Shown piece after piece: positions 16,657 through 27,504 of a DNA stretch of 33,360 nt. The translations under genes were made by a program, and so were the position numbers. The first letter of the stretch is position 1; every line of letters begins with the position of its first letter. The notes beneath the pieces are model-generated. The model was not told the DNA's origin and searched no databases. It was given only the letters and a program-made list of their open reading frames with translations. The stretch comes from Clostridiales bacterium (GTDB lineage: Bacteria; Bacillota; Clostridia; Peptostreptococcales; JAAYPU01), in NCBI GenBank assembly GCA_012519645.1, contig JAAYPU010000418.1:1-33360 (forward strand), written 5' to 3'.

Positions 16657-18030
16657 TCATTTACCAAGACAAAACCTGGAAAAAATCTCATCAATAATAT
16701 CTTCTGCAACGGCTTCTCCAATTATCTCTCCTAAGGATTCCCAGGCATTTTTTAAATCAATATCTATAAAGTCTAATGGTTCCTGCCGTTCGATCATTGA
16801 TAAAGAATCTTCTAAAAAGGTCTTCGCCTTCTCCAATAAATTTTTATGTCTGATATTAGTAATCATCAAGGTGTTTTTTTGGGAAACATGCCCTGAATAA
16901 ACCATATCTGAAATTGCCTCTTCCAGCTCTTTTATTCCTTTTCCCTGCTTCATTGATGCTTGGATGATTTTTTTATCCGGTAAAAGGCTTTGTATTTCTT
17001 CAATATTGATTTTTTGAGGCAAATCTGTTTTATTTAAAACTACTATCGCTTTCCTATGCTTTAATAGTTCGATTATCTGGTGATCTTCCGAAGCTAACGG
17101 CTCCGAAGTATTAAGCATAAATATAATCAAGTCCGCCATATTAAATGACTTCTTTGTTTTTTCCACGCCTATTTTTTCAATAACATCTGATGTTTCACGT
17201 ATCCCTGCCGTATCAATTATTTTAAGAGGTATTCCATTTATATGAAGCATTTCTTCTATGATATCCCTCGTTGTACCTGGAATCTCAGTTACTATAGCTC
17301 TGGACTCTTTAAGCAGAGCATTTAATAAAGAAGACTTTCCTACATTGGGTCTTCCTATTATTACAGTATTTAATCCGTCTTTTATAATTTTTCCAGTATC
17401 CGCTGTTTCTAATAAATTTTTTATGCTTGATAAGATATCACTTATTTGCTTCTTTAAATTTTCATAAGTTATTTCTTCAATATCTTCCTCGGGATAATCT
17501 ATATTTACAGATACATGAGCAATGGTCTGCAGAAGAGCATTCCTTATCTGCCGTATATTTTCCGAAAGCTGACCTTCCAATTGGTTTAAAGCCAAATCAA
17601 ATCCTTTATCGGTTTTAGCCGATATTATATCCATAACTGCTTCTGCCTGGGACAAATCGATCCTGCCGTTCAGAAATGCACGTTTTGTAAATTCACCCTT
17701 CTCAGCAAGTCGCGCTCCTTTTTTTAAGGTCAATTCAAGAATTTTTCTTACTGGGATCATCCCACCATGACAATGTATCTCTGCTATATCTTCCTTTGTA
17801 TAAGTATGAGGGGCTTTCATATAAACAACAAGCACTTCATCTATAACCTGTTTATTGTCGATAATATGGCCATATATCAGTTTTCTATGGTCTATTGCCG
17901 ATATACTTTTTTTAGATTTTGGTTTGAAAATATCATTTATAATTTGTAATACATTTTCACCGCTTAACCTGACGATTCCTATGCCTGCCTCACCCGGTGC
18001 CGTGGCAACAGCTGCTATAGTATCCTCCAT
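16657..18030 (-). CDS. mnmE: tRNA modification GTPase MnmE (TrmE)
   Basis: It starts DTIAAVATAPGEAGIGIVRLSG, has the G1 motif GRPNVGKSS and ends in the C-terminal CLGK motif. Confidence 0.97.
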   Translation of the reverse strand: MEDTIAAVATAPGEAGIGIVRLSGENVLQIINDIFKPKSKKSISAIDHRKLIYGHIIDNKQVIDEVLVVYMKAPHTYTKEDIAEIHCHGGMIPVRKILELTLKKGARLAEKGEFTKRAFLNGRIDLSQAEAVMDIISAKTDKGFDLALNQLEGQLSENIRQIRNALLQTIAHVSVNIDYPEEDIEEITYENLKKQISDILSSIKNLLETADTGKIIKDGLNTVIIGRPNVGKSSLLNALLKESRAIVTEIPGTTRDIIEEMLHINGIPLKIIDTAGIRETSDVIEKIGVEKTKKSFNMADLIIFMLNTSEPLASEDHQIIELLKHRKAIVVLNKTDLPQKINIEEIQSLLPDKKIIQASMKQGKGIKELEEAISDMVYSGHVSQKNTLMITNIRHKNLLEKAKTFLEDSLSMIERQEPLDFIDIDLKNAWESLGEIIGEAVAEDIIDEIFSRFCLGK

Positions 18031-18120
18031 GCTCTCCCTCCCTTCAAGCTGAATACACTGTTTTTAATTTTCCTATTTTTATAAATGTTATGAATTATAT
18101 TATAATAAAAAATCAATTAT

Positions 18121-18147
18121 AAAAGAAACCTGTGAATATCACAGGTT
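18121..18147 (-). terminator. Putative terminator after jag
   Basis: AACCTGTGA (18127-18135) pairs with TCACAGGTT (18139-18147). On the minus strand it is followed by TCTTTT. Confidence 0.5.
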
Positions 18148-18165
18148 AGAGTACTTTTCTATATA

Positions 18166-18786
18166 TTATTTTATCTCTATTATGATATGTCTAAAAGGGT
18201 CTTCTCCTTCGCTTCTCGTAGAAATATTATTGTATTCCTGAAGTGCCGCATGTATTATCCGTCTTTCATACGGATTCATAGGTTCAAGTTTTATACTTCT
18301 TCCTGTGGCTAATACTTTTTTAGCAAGCCTGTTTGCTAGTCTTATTAAAGTTTCTTCCCTTTTTTCACGATAATTTTCGGCGTTTATTATTATGCGTACA
18401 TATTTATCACGATTTTTATTTACAACAAGGCTTGTAAGGTATTGAAAAGAATCCAGCGTACATCCTCTTTTACCTATAACTATTCCGGAATCTTTTCCTT
18501 CTATGTTTATAATGATCGTATTATCTTCATATCGAAATTCCGTATGCATATTTACCTGGAGCTTCATTTTATCAAATAGCTCAGAAAGAAATTTTTTAGC
18601 AACAGAGTCCGGCTTATCTTTTATTTTTACACGAACTTTAGCAAGCTTTGAACCTAACCCTAAAAAGCCTTTTGCCGGTTCTTCCAATACTTCAACCTCT
18701 ACTTGATTTTCAGATACCTTTAGATCTTCTAATGCAAGCGAAACAGCTTCTTCTACAGATTTTCCCCATTTTTCAGAATAATCCAT
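18166..18786 (-). CDS. jag: Jag/KhpB RNA-binding protein (Jag_N, KH, R3H)
   Basis: The C-terminal R3H context is present (LEPMNPYERRIIHAAL). Its position after yidC is canonical. Confidence 0.9.
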   Translation of the reverse strand: MDYSEKWGKSVEEAVSLALEDLKVSENQVEVEVLEEPAKGFLGLGSKLAKVRVKIKDKPDSVAKKFLSELFDKMKLQVNMHTEFRYEDNTIIINIEGKDSGIVIGKRGCTLDSFQYLTSLVVNKNRDKYVRIIINAENYREKREETLIRLANRLAKKVLATGRSIKLEPMNPYERRIIHAALQEYNNISTRSEGEDPFRHIIIEIK

Positions 18787-18792
18787 ATATAT

Positions 18793-19452
18793 TTACTCCT
18801 CCTTGACGGTCTTTTTCACGTTTGTTAATTTCTGCTGTACTAATTGCAATAAAGTACTTACAAACCAATAAAGAGTTAATCCTGCCGGAAAAGAATGTCC
18901 CCACCAAACGATCATAACAGGAAAGAAATATTGCATCACTTTCAAAGATGCATTTTGCTGCTGGGGCATTGATGTTTGAGATAAATTAAAAGAAAAATAA
19001 GTAGTTACTCCTGCTAAAATAGGAAGTATCCATGGATCCGGCAAACTTAAATTAGGAACCCATAAAAAAGAGTCTTTAACAGCGTCAATTATTGCCGGAT
19101 TTGATATATAAGTCTGAGGATCTCTTAGTAATGCAAACAATCCCCATATAATTGGGATTTGAATAATTAATGGCAAACACCCGCTGGCAGGGTTATACTT
19201 TTCTTCTTTATAAAGTTCCATAAGCTTCACATTTAATGTTTCTTTATCTTTAGCATATTTTTTTTGAAGTTCTTGTATCTTTGGTTGTAATTCCTGCATT
19301 CTTCTGCTGGTCTTTAACTGATGTGCTGTCAACGGAAATAATATTATCTTTGTTATAAGTGTAAAAACAATAATGGCAATACCATAATTACCTAAAACGT
19401 TATACAGAAAAAAAAGTAGTTGTCCTAATGGTTTAGCTATTGCAGCTATCAT
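18793..19452 (-). CDS. yidC: Membrane protein insertase YidC/OxaA (SpoIIIJ-type)
   Basis: It is multi-TM, contains PLT..Q.KS...M..LQP.I..LQKKY and GCLP motifs, and is 219 aa long. Confidence 0.9.
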   Translation of the reverse strand: MIAAIAKPLGQLLFFLYNVLGNYGIAIIVFTLITKIILFPLTAHQLKTSRRMQELQPKIQELQKKYAKDKETLNVKLMELYKEEKYNPASGCLPLIIQIPIIWGLFALLRDPQTYISNPAIIDAVKDSFLWVPNLSLPDPWILPILAGVTTYFSFNLSQTSMPQQQNASLKVMQYFFPVMIVWWGHSFPAGLTLYWFVSTLLQLVQQKLTNVKKTVKEE

Positions 19453-19469
19453 AAAATACCTCCTAAAAT

Positions 19470-19682
19470 CTATTTTAAAGGATCATATCCTCCCGGATGA
19501 AAAGGATTGCATTTTAAAACTCTTCTAATTCCAAGATATGTCCCTTTAATTATTCCATACTTTGTAAGAGCTTGTATCATATATTCCGAACAATTCGGAT
19601 AAAATCGGCAGGTTGCTGTCGGTTTCAATGGGGAAATAAACTTTTGATATAACTTTATTAATAATATCATAATTTTTTTCAA
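19470..19682 (-). CDS. yidD: Membrane protein insertion efficiency factor YidD
   Basis: [27 protein letters not shown]...[10 protein letters not shown] is the YidD signature. TTG at 19682 overlaps the rnpA stop; an alternative ATG lies at 19670. Confidence 0.9.
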   Translation of the reverse strand: MKKIMILLIKLYQKFISPLKPTATCRFYPNCSEYMIQALTKYGIIKGTYLGIRRVLKCNPFHPGGYDPLK

Positions 19683-20026
19683 ATTTCTTCACCTGACAAT
19701 AATTTTATTTTTCTTAAAATGTTTTCCGTCGTTCTTACCAATTCCGAAAATTTTACGTCAATAATATTTTTTCTTGCAATAAAAATTATGTCATATCCTT
19801 TAACTAATCTGTCTTTATATAAAAGATATACTTCTTTCATATGTCTTCTTGCTTTATTCCTTTTTACGCTTTTCCCAACTTTTTTGCTTGCCAGAAAGGC
19901 TGTTCTATTATATCCTAAATTGTTTTTATTATAAAAAATAATTAAATATTTTGAAGCAAAGGATTTTCCCTTAATATATATTCTTGAAAAATCCTTTTTC
20001 CTTCTTAGGATATTGTTCTTTAACAT
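19679..20026 (-). CDS. rnpA: Ribonuclease P protein component
   Basis: This basic 115-aa protein lies between rpmH and yidD. The RNR-like motif [14 protein letters not shown] is present. Confidence 0.9.
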   Translation of the reverse strand: MLKNNILRRKKDFSRIYIKGKSFASKYLIIFYNKNNLGYNRTAFLASKKVGKSVKRNKARRHMKEVYLLYKDRLVKGYDIIFIARKNIIDVKFSELVRTTENILRKIKLLSGEEI

Positions 20027-20078
20027 TATTATCCTTCCTTAATAAAAAAATTAAACAAAAAGACCACTTAAAGCGGTC

Positions 20079-20213
20079 TTATGCTGATAATTTCTTTCTA
20101 CCTCTAAGTCTTCTTCTCTTTAAAACATTTCGTCCTGACTTGGTTTTCATTCTCTTTCTAAAACCATGCTCTATACTTCTTTGCCTTTTTTTAGGCTGAT
20201 AAGTCATTTTCAT
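20079..20213 (-). CDS. rpmH: 50S ribosomal protein L34
   Basis: Hand translation of the minus strand gives [55 protein letters not shown] lies upstream. It is too short for the ORF track. Confidence 0.95.
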   Translation of the reverse strand: MKMTYQPKKRQRSIEHGFRKRMKTKSGRNVLKRRRLRGRKKLSA

Positions 20214-20572
20214 ACATTACACCTCCCATACTAAGATTATCTATTATAATTTTTTATCCATCTGAAAACATCGCTTAATCATTATACCTTTGATAAATCA
20301 GCCTGTCAATAATATGGATTCAATATTTTATATGTTAATCTTTTGTTTTTTTTATCCAAATTATTCACTAAAACTTATTAACTATATGTTGATATGTTAT
20401 AAAGTTATTCACAAGATGTTGATAACTTTTTTATTTATGAATTTTTTTATTGTTTTTTTTAAAATTTATAAAGATTTCTGTGGATAACATGCTATAATAT
20501 ATAATACTTCTTGTGTTTATTTCTTTTTTTATCCACAAAAAATATCGATAACAAATCTCCAGGGGGTCAAAA
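20214..20572. other. oriC, upstream DnaA-box cluster (rpmH-dnaA intergenic)
   Basis: Perfect boxes are TGTGGATAA (20479-20487) and TTATCCACA (20529-20537). One-mismatch boxes lie at 20352-20360, 20405-20413 and 20417-20425. Weaker boxes lie at 20254-20262 and 20361-20369. The DNA is very AT-rich. Confidence 0.8.
20490..20498 (+). promoter_or_regulatory. Putative dnaA promoter, extended -10 (TGcTATAAT)
   Basis: TGCTATAAT lies at 20490-20498. A perfect DnaA box ends 3 nt upstream and another lies in the 5' UTR. Confidence 0.45.
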
Positions 20573-21916
20573 ATGAATAATCAGGTTAAAGAACTATGGG
20601 ACAAGTCTTTAGAAATAATTAAACCAGAAATTACAGAAATTAGTTTTAACACTTGGATGCTTCCTATTAAGCCTATAGCTATGGATCCGGAAAAGGAAAG
20701 ATTAACTCTATCTATTTATAGTGATTTTGCCAAAGGAATTCTGGAAACAAGATATTTGAACCTTATCCAAAATGCCTTTAACCAGGTTTCAGGCAAAAAT
20801 TATAAAATCTACTGTATTTCAACAGAAGAAAACCCTTCAAATGAAGAAAATAAAATTCAAAATTATAAAGAAACCGTTACGGATGATTTATATTTAAATC
20901 CTAAATATATTTTTGAAACCTTTGTTGTGGGCAGCAGTAACCGTTTTGCTCATGCTGCAAGTTTGGCAGTTGCCGAAACACCCGCAAAAGCATATAATCC
21001 TTTATTTTTATATGGCGGTGTTGGTCTTGGAAAAACACATCTTATGCATGCTATCGGCCATTACATAATTCAAAACAATCCTCGTTCAAGGGTATTATAT
21101 GTTTCTTCGGAGAAGTTTACCAACGAACTTATAAATGCCATAAAAGACGATAAAAATGCTGAATTCAGAAATAAATTCAGAAATATTGATGTTCTATTGA
21201 TAGATGATATACAATTTATTGCCGGTAAGGAAAGAACTCAGGAAGAATTTTTCCATACTTTTAATACTCTTTATGAAGCAAATAAGCAAATAATCGTTTC
21301 CAGTGACAGGCCTCCTAAAGAAATCCCGACATTGGAAGAAAGATTACGCTCCAGATTTGAATGGGGTTTAATAGCAGACATTCAGCCGCCCGATTATGAG
21401 ACTCGAATTGCAATACTAAGAAAAAAAGCTGAAATTGAAGGCTTTCGTGTTTCAGATGAATTAACAGAAGTCATGGAATTTATTGCTGAAAAAATACAAT
21501 CAAATATCAGGGAGTTAGAAGGAGCTCTTATAAGGATCGTGGCTTATGCATCCTTAACAAATAAAGATATAAATATAAATTTAGCAAAAGAAGCTCTTCA
21601 GGACGTTTTTTCTTCACAAAACAAAATTATAACGCCTAAAATTATAAAGGATTCCGTCTCAAAATACTTTAATATAAAGGTTTCAGATCTTGAATCTAAA
21701 AAAAGATCTCAAAATATTGCTTTTCCGAGACATATAGCAATGTATCTATGCAGGGATATGACAGAAATGTCCCTTCCAAAGATTGGTGAAACTTTTGGCG
21801 GAAGAGATCATACTACGGTTCTTCATGCCTGTGAAAAAATATCAAAGGATAAAAAATTTAATAATAACGTTAATGAAATAATTAAAACTATTATCGAAGA
21901 TATTAAGTCTTCTTAA
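20573..21916 (+). CDS. dnaA: Chromosomal replication initiator protein DnaA
   Basis: It has Walker [11 protein letters not shown], the sensor motifs, and the C-terminal DNA-binding helix ([11 protein letters not shown]). Confidence 0.98.
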   Translation: MNNQVKELWDKSLEIIKPEITEISFNTWMLPIKPIAMDPEKERLTLSIYSDFAKGILETRYLNLIQNAFNQVSGKNYKIYCISTEENPSNEENKIQNYKETVTDDLYLNPKYIFETFVVGSSNRFAHAASLAVAETPAKAYNPLFLYGGVGLGKTHLMHAIGHYIIQNNPRSRVLYVSSEKFTNELINAIKDDKNAEFRNKFRNIDVLLIDDIQFIAGKERTQEEFFHTFNTLYEANKQIIVSSDRPPKEIPTLEERLRSRFEWGLIADIQPPDYETRIAILRKKAEIEGFRVSDELTEVMEFIAEKIQSNIRELEGALIRIVAYASLTNKDININLAKEALQDVFSSQNKIITPKIIKDSVSKYFNIKVSDLESKKRSQNIAFPRHIAMYLCRDMTEMSLPKIGETFGGRDHTTVLHACEKISKDKKFNNNVNEIIKTIIEDIKSS

Positions 21917-22084
21917 TTTTATTAACAAGGCTGTTTATATAAATATTGCTTTCTCAACATAAAAACTTTAATATAAAACAGCATATTACATACGAATACA
22001 TATACTTATCAACATATTAACAGGCCTTATTACTACTACTATTAAAAAAGAATTAATAAAAAATAAAAGCGAGGGTTAAAAAAG
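21917..22084. other. oriC, downstream part (dnaA-dnaN intergenic): DnaA box, GC cluster, DnaA-trio-like repeats, AT-rich unwinding tract
   Basis: The elements in order are TTATCAACA (22006-22014), a degenerate box ATATTAACA (22014-22022), GGCC (22023-22026), TTA TTA CTA CTA CTA TTA (22027-22044), and an A/T tract to about 22068. Confidence 0.6.
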
Positions 22085-23191
22085 ATGAAAATTGTCTGTC
22101 AACAACAAGATCTTTCAAAAGCTTTAAATACAGTTCAAAAAGCTGTAACAAACAGAACGACGATTCCTATTTTAAAGGGAATATTATTAGAGACAACCGA
22201 CGATAATATTTTACGCCTTTCTGCATCTGACTTAGACCTTAGCATAGAGAAAAAAATTAAGGTAGAAACAATAATAAAAGGAGCAGTTGTTGTTTCAGCA
22301 AAATTATTTACCGATATAATCCGTAAATTACCTGAAGGAGAAATTCAGTTAGAAGTAGAAGAAAACAATGTTATTATAAAAAGCTATCATTCAGAATTTA
22401 ATATTATCGGGCAAAAGCCGGAAGACTTCCCAAAAATAAATAATGATTTGACAAATAATTCAATGGATATAAATAAAGAATTATTTAAAAATATGATCAA
22501 ACAAACGGCATTTTCTGCAAGCATTGATGAATCCAGAGGGATAATTACAGGAGTTCTTATAGAAATAGAAAAAGAAAATATAAATATGATAGCTCTTGAC
22601 GGATTCAGAATGGCAGTCAGAAAAGAAAATATAAAATCAAAAATGAATAAAAAAATTATCATTCCGGCTCGAATATTGATGGAAATACATAAAATACTGA
22701 CAGATCAGGAAGAAGAAAATATTTTAATAGATTTTAATGATAAAAATATAGTTATCAAGGCAGACAGCACTATCATTTCTTCAAGATTATTGGAAGGAGA
22801 ATATATAAATTATAAAGAAATAATTCCAAAAAATCATAATTGTAAAGTTAAAGTAAACAGAGAAGAATTATATGATAGTATAGAAAGAGCTTCTTTATTG
22901 GCAATGGGAAAAAACAATCTTATTAAAATAAAAATAGATGAAAATAAAATGATTATAAATTCCCGTTCTGAAGAAGGAAAGGTTTATGAAGAAGTTTCCA
23001 TACAAAGAGATGGAGACGGCTTGGAAATAGGATTTAATTCCAAATATATATTAGATATTTTAAGAAATATAGATGATGAAGAAATATATTTTGAATTCAT
23101 ATCAAATATAAGTCCTTGTTTGATCAAACCGACCAAAGGAGAAGGCTTTGAATATTTGATTTTACCTGTGAGGATTTCTGTTAATTCTTAA
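22085..23191 (+). CDS. dnaN: DNA polymerase III beta sliding clamp
   Basis: The protein is 368 aa, sits in the canonical position, and has typical clamp sequence (ALDGFRMAV, LLEGEYINY). Confidence 0.97.
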   Translation: MKIVCQQQDLSKALNTVQKAVTNRTTIPILKGILLETTDDNILRLSASDLDLSIEKKIKVETIIKGAVVVSAKLFTDIIRKLPEGEIQLEVEENNVIIKSYHSEFNIIGQKPEDFPKINNDLTNNSMDINKELFKNMIKQTAFSASIDESRGIITGVLIEIEKENINMIALDGFRMAVRKENIKSKMNKKIIIPARILMEIHKILTDQEEENILIDFNDKNIVIKADSTIISSRLLEGEYINYKEIIPKNHNCKVKVNREELYDSIERASLLAMGKNNLIKIKIDENKMIINSRSEEGKVYEEVSIQRDGDGLEIGFNSKYILDILRNIDDEEIYFEFISNISPCLIKPTKGEGFEYLILPVRISVNS

Positions 23192-23216
23192 AATAGTTTA
23201 AAATAAAATCATGCAA

Positions 23217-23245
23217 AGAAAAGATATATAAAATATATCTTTTCT
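23217..23245 (+). terminator. 13-bp perfect AT-rich hairpin between dnaN and yaaA (possible attenuator or processing site)
   Basis: AGAAAAGATATAT (23217-23229) pairs with ATATATCTTTTCT (23233-23245) around a 3-nt loop. No clean U-tract follows. Confidence 0.35.
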
Positions 23246-23266
23246 CGCGTATTTAGGAGAAAAAAA

Positions 23267-23473
23267 ATGAAGGAAATAGAAATAAAAGACGAAAGTATTA
23301 AACTTTTTCAATTATTAAAATATGCAGGATTGATACCTTCCGGCGGAGAAGCCAAATTTGCTATAAGTGAAGGATATGTAAAAGTGAATGGAAATATCGA
23401 AAAGCAGAAAGGAAAGAAAATATATAAGAATGATATTATAGAATTTCAAGGAAATAAAGTTATTGTTAAATAG
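23267..23473 (+). CDS. yaaA: S4-domain RNA-binding protein YaaA-like
   Basis: This is a 68-aa S4-like protein (LLKYAGLIPSGGEAKFAISEGYVKVNG) in the conserved slot between dnaN and recF. Confidence 0.85.
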   Translation: MKEIEIKDESIKLFQLLKYAGLIPSGGEAKFAISEGYVKVNGNIEKQKGKKIYKNDIIEFQGNKVIVK

Positions 23474-23484
23474 AGGAAGATAAG

Positions 23485-24591
23485 ATGTATATTAAAAATT
23501 TAAATATCAATAATTTTCGTAATTATAGAAATGTTGATATATCTTTTAATGAAAAAGTTAATATAATTATAGGAAATAATGCGCAGGGAAAAACAAATTT
23601 ATTGGAAGCCATATATATGACATCGCTGGGAAAGTCTTTCAGGACGGCAAGAGACAATGAAATGATCATGTTTGATAATGAAAAAGCATCTATTAAAGCT
23701 GAAATAAAGAAGAAAAATACAGAAATAAATTTAGAAATAAACTTATTTCAAAAACAGAAAAAAATAATTAAAATAAACGGCATCAAGCTTAATAAAAATA
23801 CAGACATATTGGAAAATGTTTATATAGTGGTTTTTTCACCGGAAGATTTAAAAATAGTAAAAGATGGGCCTGAAAAAAGAAGGAATTTCATAAATCGTGA
23901 GCTATGCCAGATAAAACCCTTGTATTATCATAATCTTTTTAAATACAGTAAATTATTATTGCAAAGAAATGCTTTTTTAAAAAATATTAATATTGAAAAA
24001 TATGATAAAAACATGTTGGATATCTGGAACAGGGAGCTTGTTGAATATGGAATAAAGCTTATAAAAGAAAGAAGCATATTCATAAAAAAATTGAATGCAA
24101 TAAGCAGTATTATACATAAAAACATTACCAACGGAAAAGAAGATATCGAACTTATTTATGAAAATAATATTTATAAGAAAACAGATGAAATAACAGATAA
24201 AAATATTTATTTAAATAAACTGGAAGAAAGTATAAGAAAGGATTTTATAAGAGGAAACACGGATATTGGCCCGCATAAAGATGATATTATAATAAAAGTA
24301 AATAATAAGGATATAAGAAATTATGGGTCGCAAGGGCAGCAAAGAACAGCAGCTTTAGCATTAAAGCTTGCGGAAATAAAGTTTATTGAAGAGGAAACAG
24401 GAGAAACACCTATTTTGCTATTAGATGATGTTTTATCCGAATTAGACGCAGAACGGCAAAAATTTCTGATCAATTCTCTTAAAGACATCCAATTATTTAT
24501 AACAACAACTGATATAAGTAATTTTATAGAAAAAAATCTCCCCGAGAATAAAATAATAAAGATATGTAATGGAACGATAGAAAAAATATAA
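23485..24591 (+). CDS. recF: DNA replication and repair protein RecF
   Basis: It starts MYIKNLNINNFRNY, has Walker A GNNAQGKTNLLEA, the signature GSQGQQRT and Walker B LLLDDV. Confidence 0.97.
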   Translation: MYIKNLNINNFRNYRNVDISFNEKVNIIIGNNAQGKTNLLEAIYMTSLGKSFRTARDNEMIMFDNEKASIKAEIKKKNTEINLEINLFQKQKKIIKINGIKLNKNTDILENVYIVVFSPEDLKIVKDGPEKRRNFINRELCQIKPLYYHNLFKYSKLLLQRNAFLKNINIEKYDKNMLDIWNRELVEYGIKLIKERSIFIKKLNAISSIIHKNITNGKEDIELIYENNIYKKTDEITDKNIYLNKLEESIRKDFIRGNTDIGPHKDDIIIKVNNKDIRNYGSQGQQRTAALALKLAEIKFIEEETGETPILLLDDVLSELDAERQKFLINSLKDIQLFITTTDISNFIEKNLPENKIIKICNGTIEKI

Positions 24592-24624
24592 AGCCGTCAA
24601 TGTAAATAGTTGACGGCTTTTTTA
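24591..24624 (+). terminator. Intrinsic terminator after recF
   Basis: AAGCCGTCAA (24591-24600) pairs with TTGACGGCTT (24610-24619), followed by TTTTT. Confidence 0.85.
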
Positions 24625-24691
24625 TCATTGATAAACAAATTATTATCCAAAAAAAGCTCTTTTCCATAATATGATAAGAGAGGTGATAAAT

Positions 24692-25372
24692 ATGGCGGTA
24701 ATTTTGGTTTACAATAACGATACGAATCAAATGGAAAGATATGAAAGAGCAGAAAATCAAATGATGCCTTATATATACAACAATAGTCTTACAGTAAATG
24801 AATTCAGAGGCTCCTCAAATGCAAATACATTATGGACTGATAAAAGGACCATGGAAAATTGGAGTCGTTTCAGGGATTATTACGGTTCTCCTATTTTTGT
24901 CGGATTTGCCTTTAAAAGAATATGGGAAGGCGGTCATAGCAATCAGTCCCAGCATTATGCAGGAAAAGCATTGGACACGGGTCAAAATCTAGGACCGGCC
25001 GAAGTAAACCGATTAAGGCAAAGTGCAATAAATTCAGGACTCTGGAACTATGTAGAACCTGCATTTCTCGCTCCGACATGGGTACATGTGGATACCAGAA
25101 ATATGAATCCTGCCTGTGCAAGCGGATATCCTCTTGTCAGGTTGGGAGATGTGGGTAATTATGTGCTGATCCTGCAGGATGCATTAAATGCTCTGGGATA
25201 TACAGGCGCAGGATTGGACGGAGTGTTTGGAGCAGGCACACAAGCAGCTGTCAGAAGATTTCAACAGTCAAACGGATTGCCTGCAGACGGTGTGGTAGGG
25301 TGCATGACATGGACACAGTTGACACAAGCAGCAAAAGGAATAGGATTGACCTCTACAGTAATAAATCCATAG
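24692..25372 (+). CDS. LAS-superfamily (peptidase M15 / VanY-like) zinc peptidase with C-terminal peptidoglycan-binding domain
   Basis: It has SQHYAGKALD (SxHxxGxAxD, H-x6-D), WVHVD, and a PG_binding_1-like C-terminus (GLDGVFGAGTQAAVRRFQQSNGLPADGVVG). I see no signal peptide. ATG at 24692 lies 6 nt after AGAGGTG; the ORF track starts at 24671. Confidence 0.75.
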   Translation: MAVILVYNNDTNQMERYERAENQMMPYIYNNSLTVNEFRGSSNANTLWTDKRTMENWSRFRDYYGSPIFVGFAFKRIWEGGHSNQSQHYAGKALDTGQNLGPAEVNRLRQSAINSGLWNYVEPAFLAPTWVHVDTRNMNPACASGYPLVRLGDVGNYVLILQDALNALGYTGAGLDGVFGAGTQAAVRRFQQSNGLPADGVVGCMTWTQLTQAAKGIGLTSTVINP

Positions 25373-25375
25373 CTG

Positions 25376-25398
25376 CCAGAGGAGGAATAATCCTCTGG
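25376..25398 (+). terminator. Putative terminator after the M15 peptidase gene
   Basis: CCAGAGGA (25376-25383) pairs with TCCTCTGG (25391-25398). It is followed by TATATATAT, a weak U-tract. Confidence 0.4.
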
Positions 25399-25548
25399 TA
25401 TATATATATGGTTAAACACACATCTAAGGTGTTATAAATTTGCGTAAATTAATAAAAAAACATATTTGTTGATATTTTTGTATAAGAAGCGAAAAAGACT
25501 TTAAATATTCGCATTAAAAGATTATAATAAGAGAGGTGTAAAATTTAA

Positions 25549-27492
<1,944 letters not shown>

Positions 27493-27504
27493 GGAGGCTG
27501 ACAA

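Noticed and set aside
17191-17200. A half parS (TGTTTCACGT) inside mnmE.
   Set aside because: Only the left half matches, and the right arm is unrelated (ATCCCT). It is not a palindromic ParB site.
20290-20487. A 65-aa ORF inside the rpmH-dnaA intergenic region.
   Set aside because: It lies within the DnaA-box cluster of oriC and starts at a non-ATG codon with no SD. Its translation is Phe/Ile/Asn-rich junk. The region is better explained as origin DNA.
24643-24651. An isolated DnaA-box-like TTATCCAAA between the recF terminator and the M15 peptidase gene.
   Set aside because: It is a single one-mismatch 9-mer with no neighbouring boxes. That is compatible with chance in AT-rich DNA.
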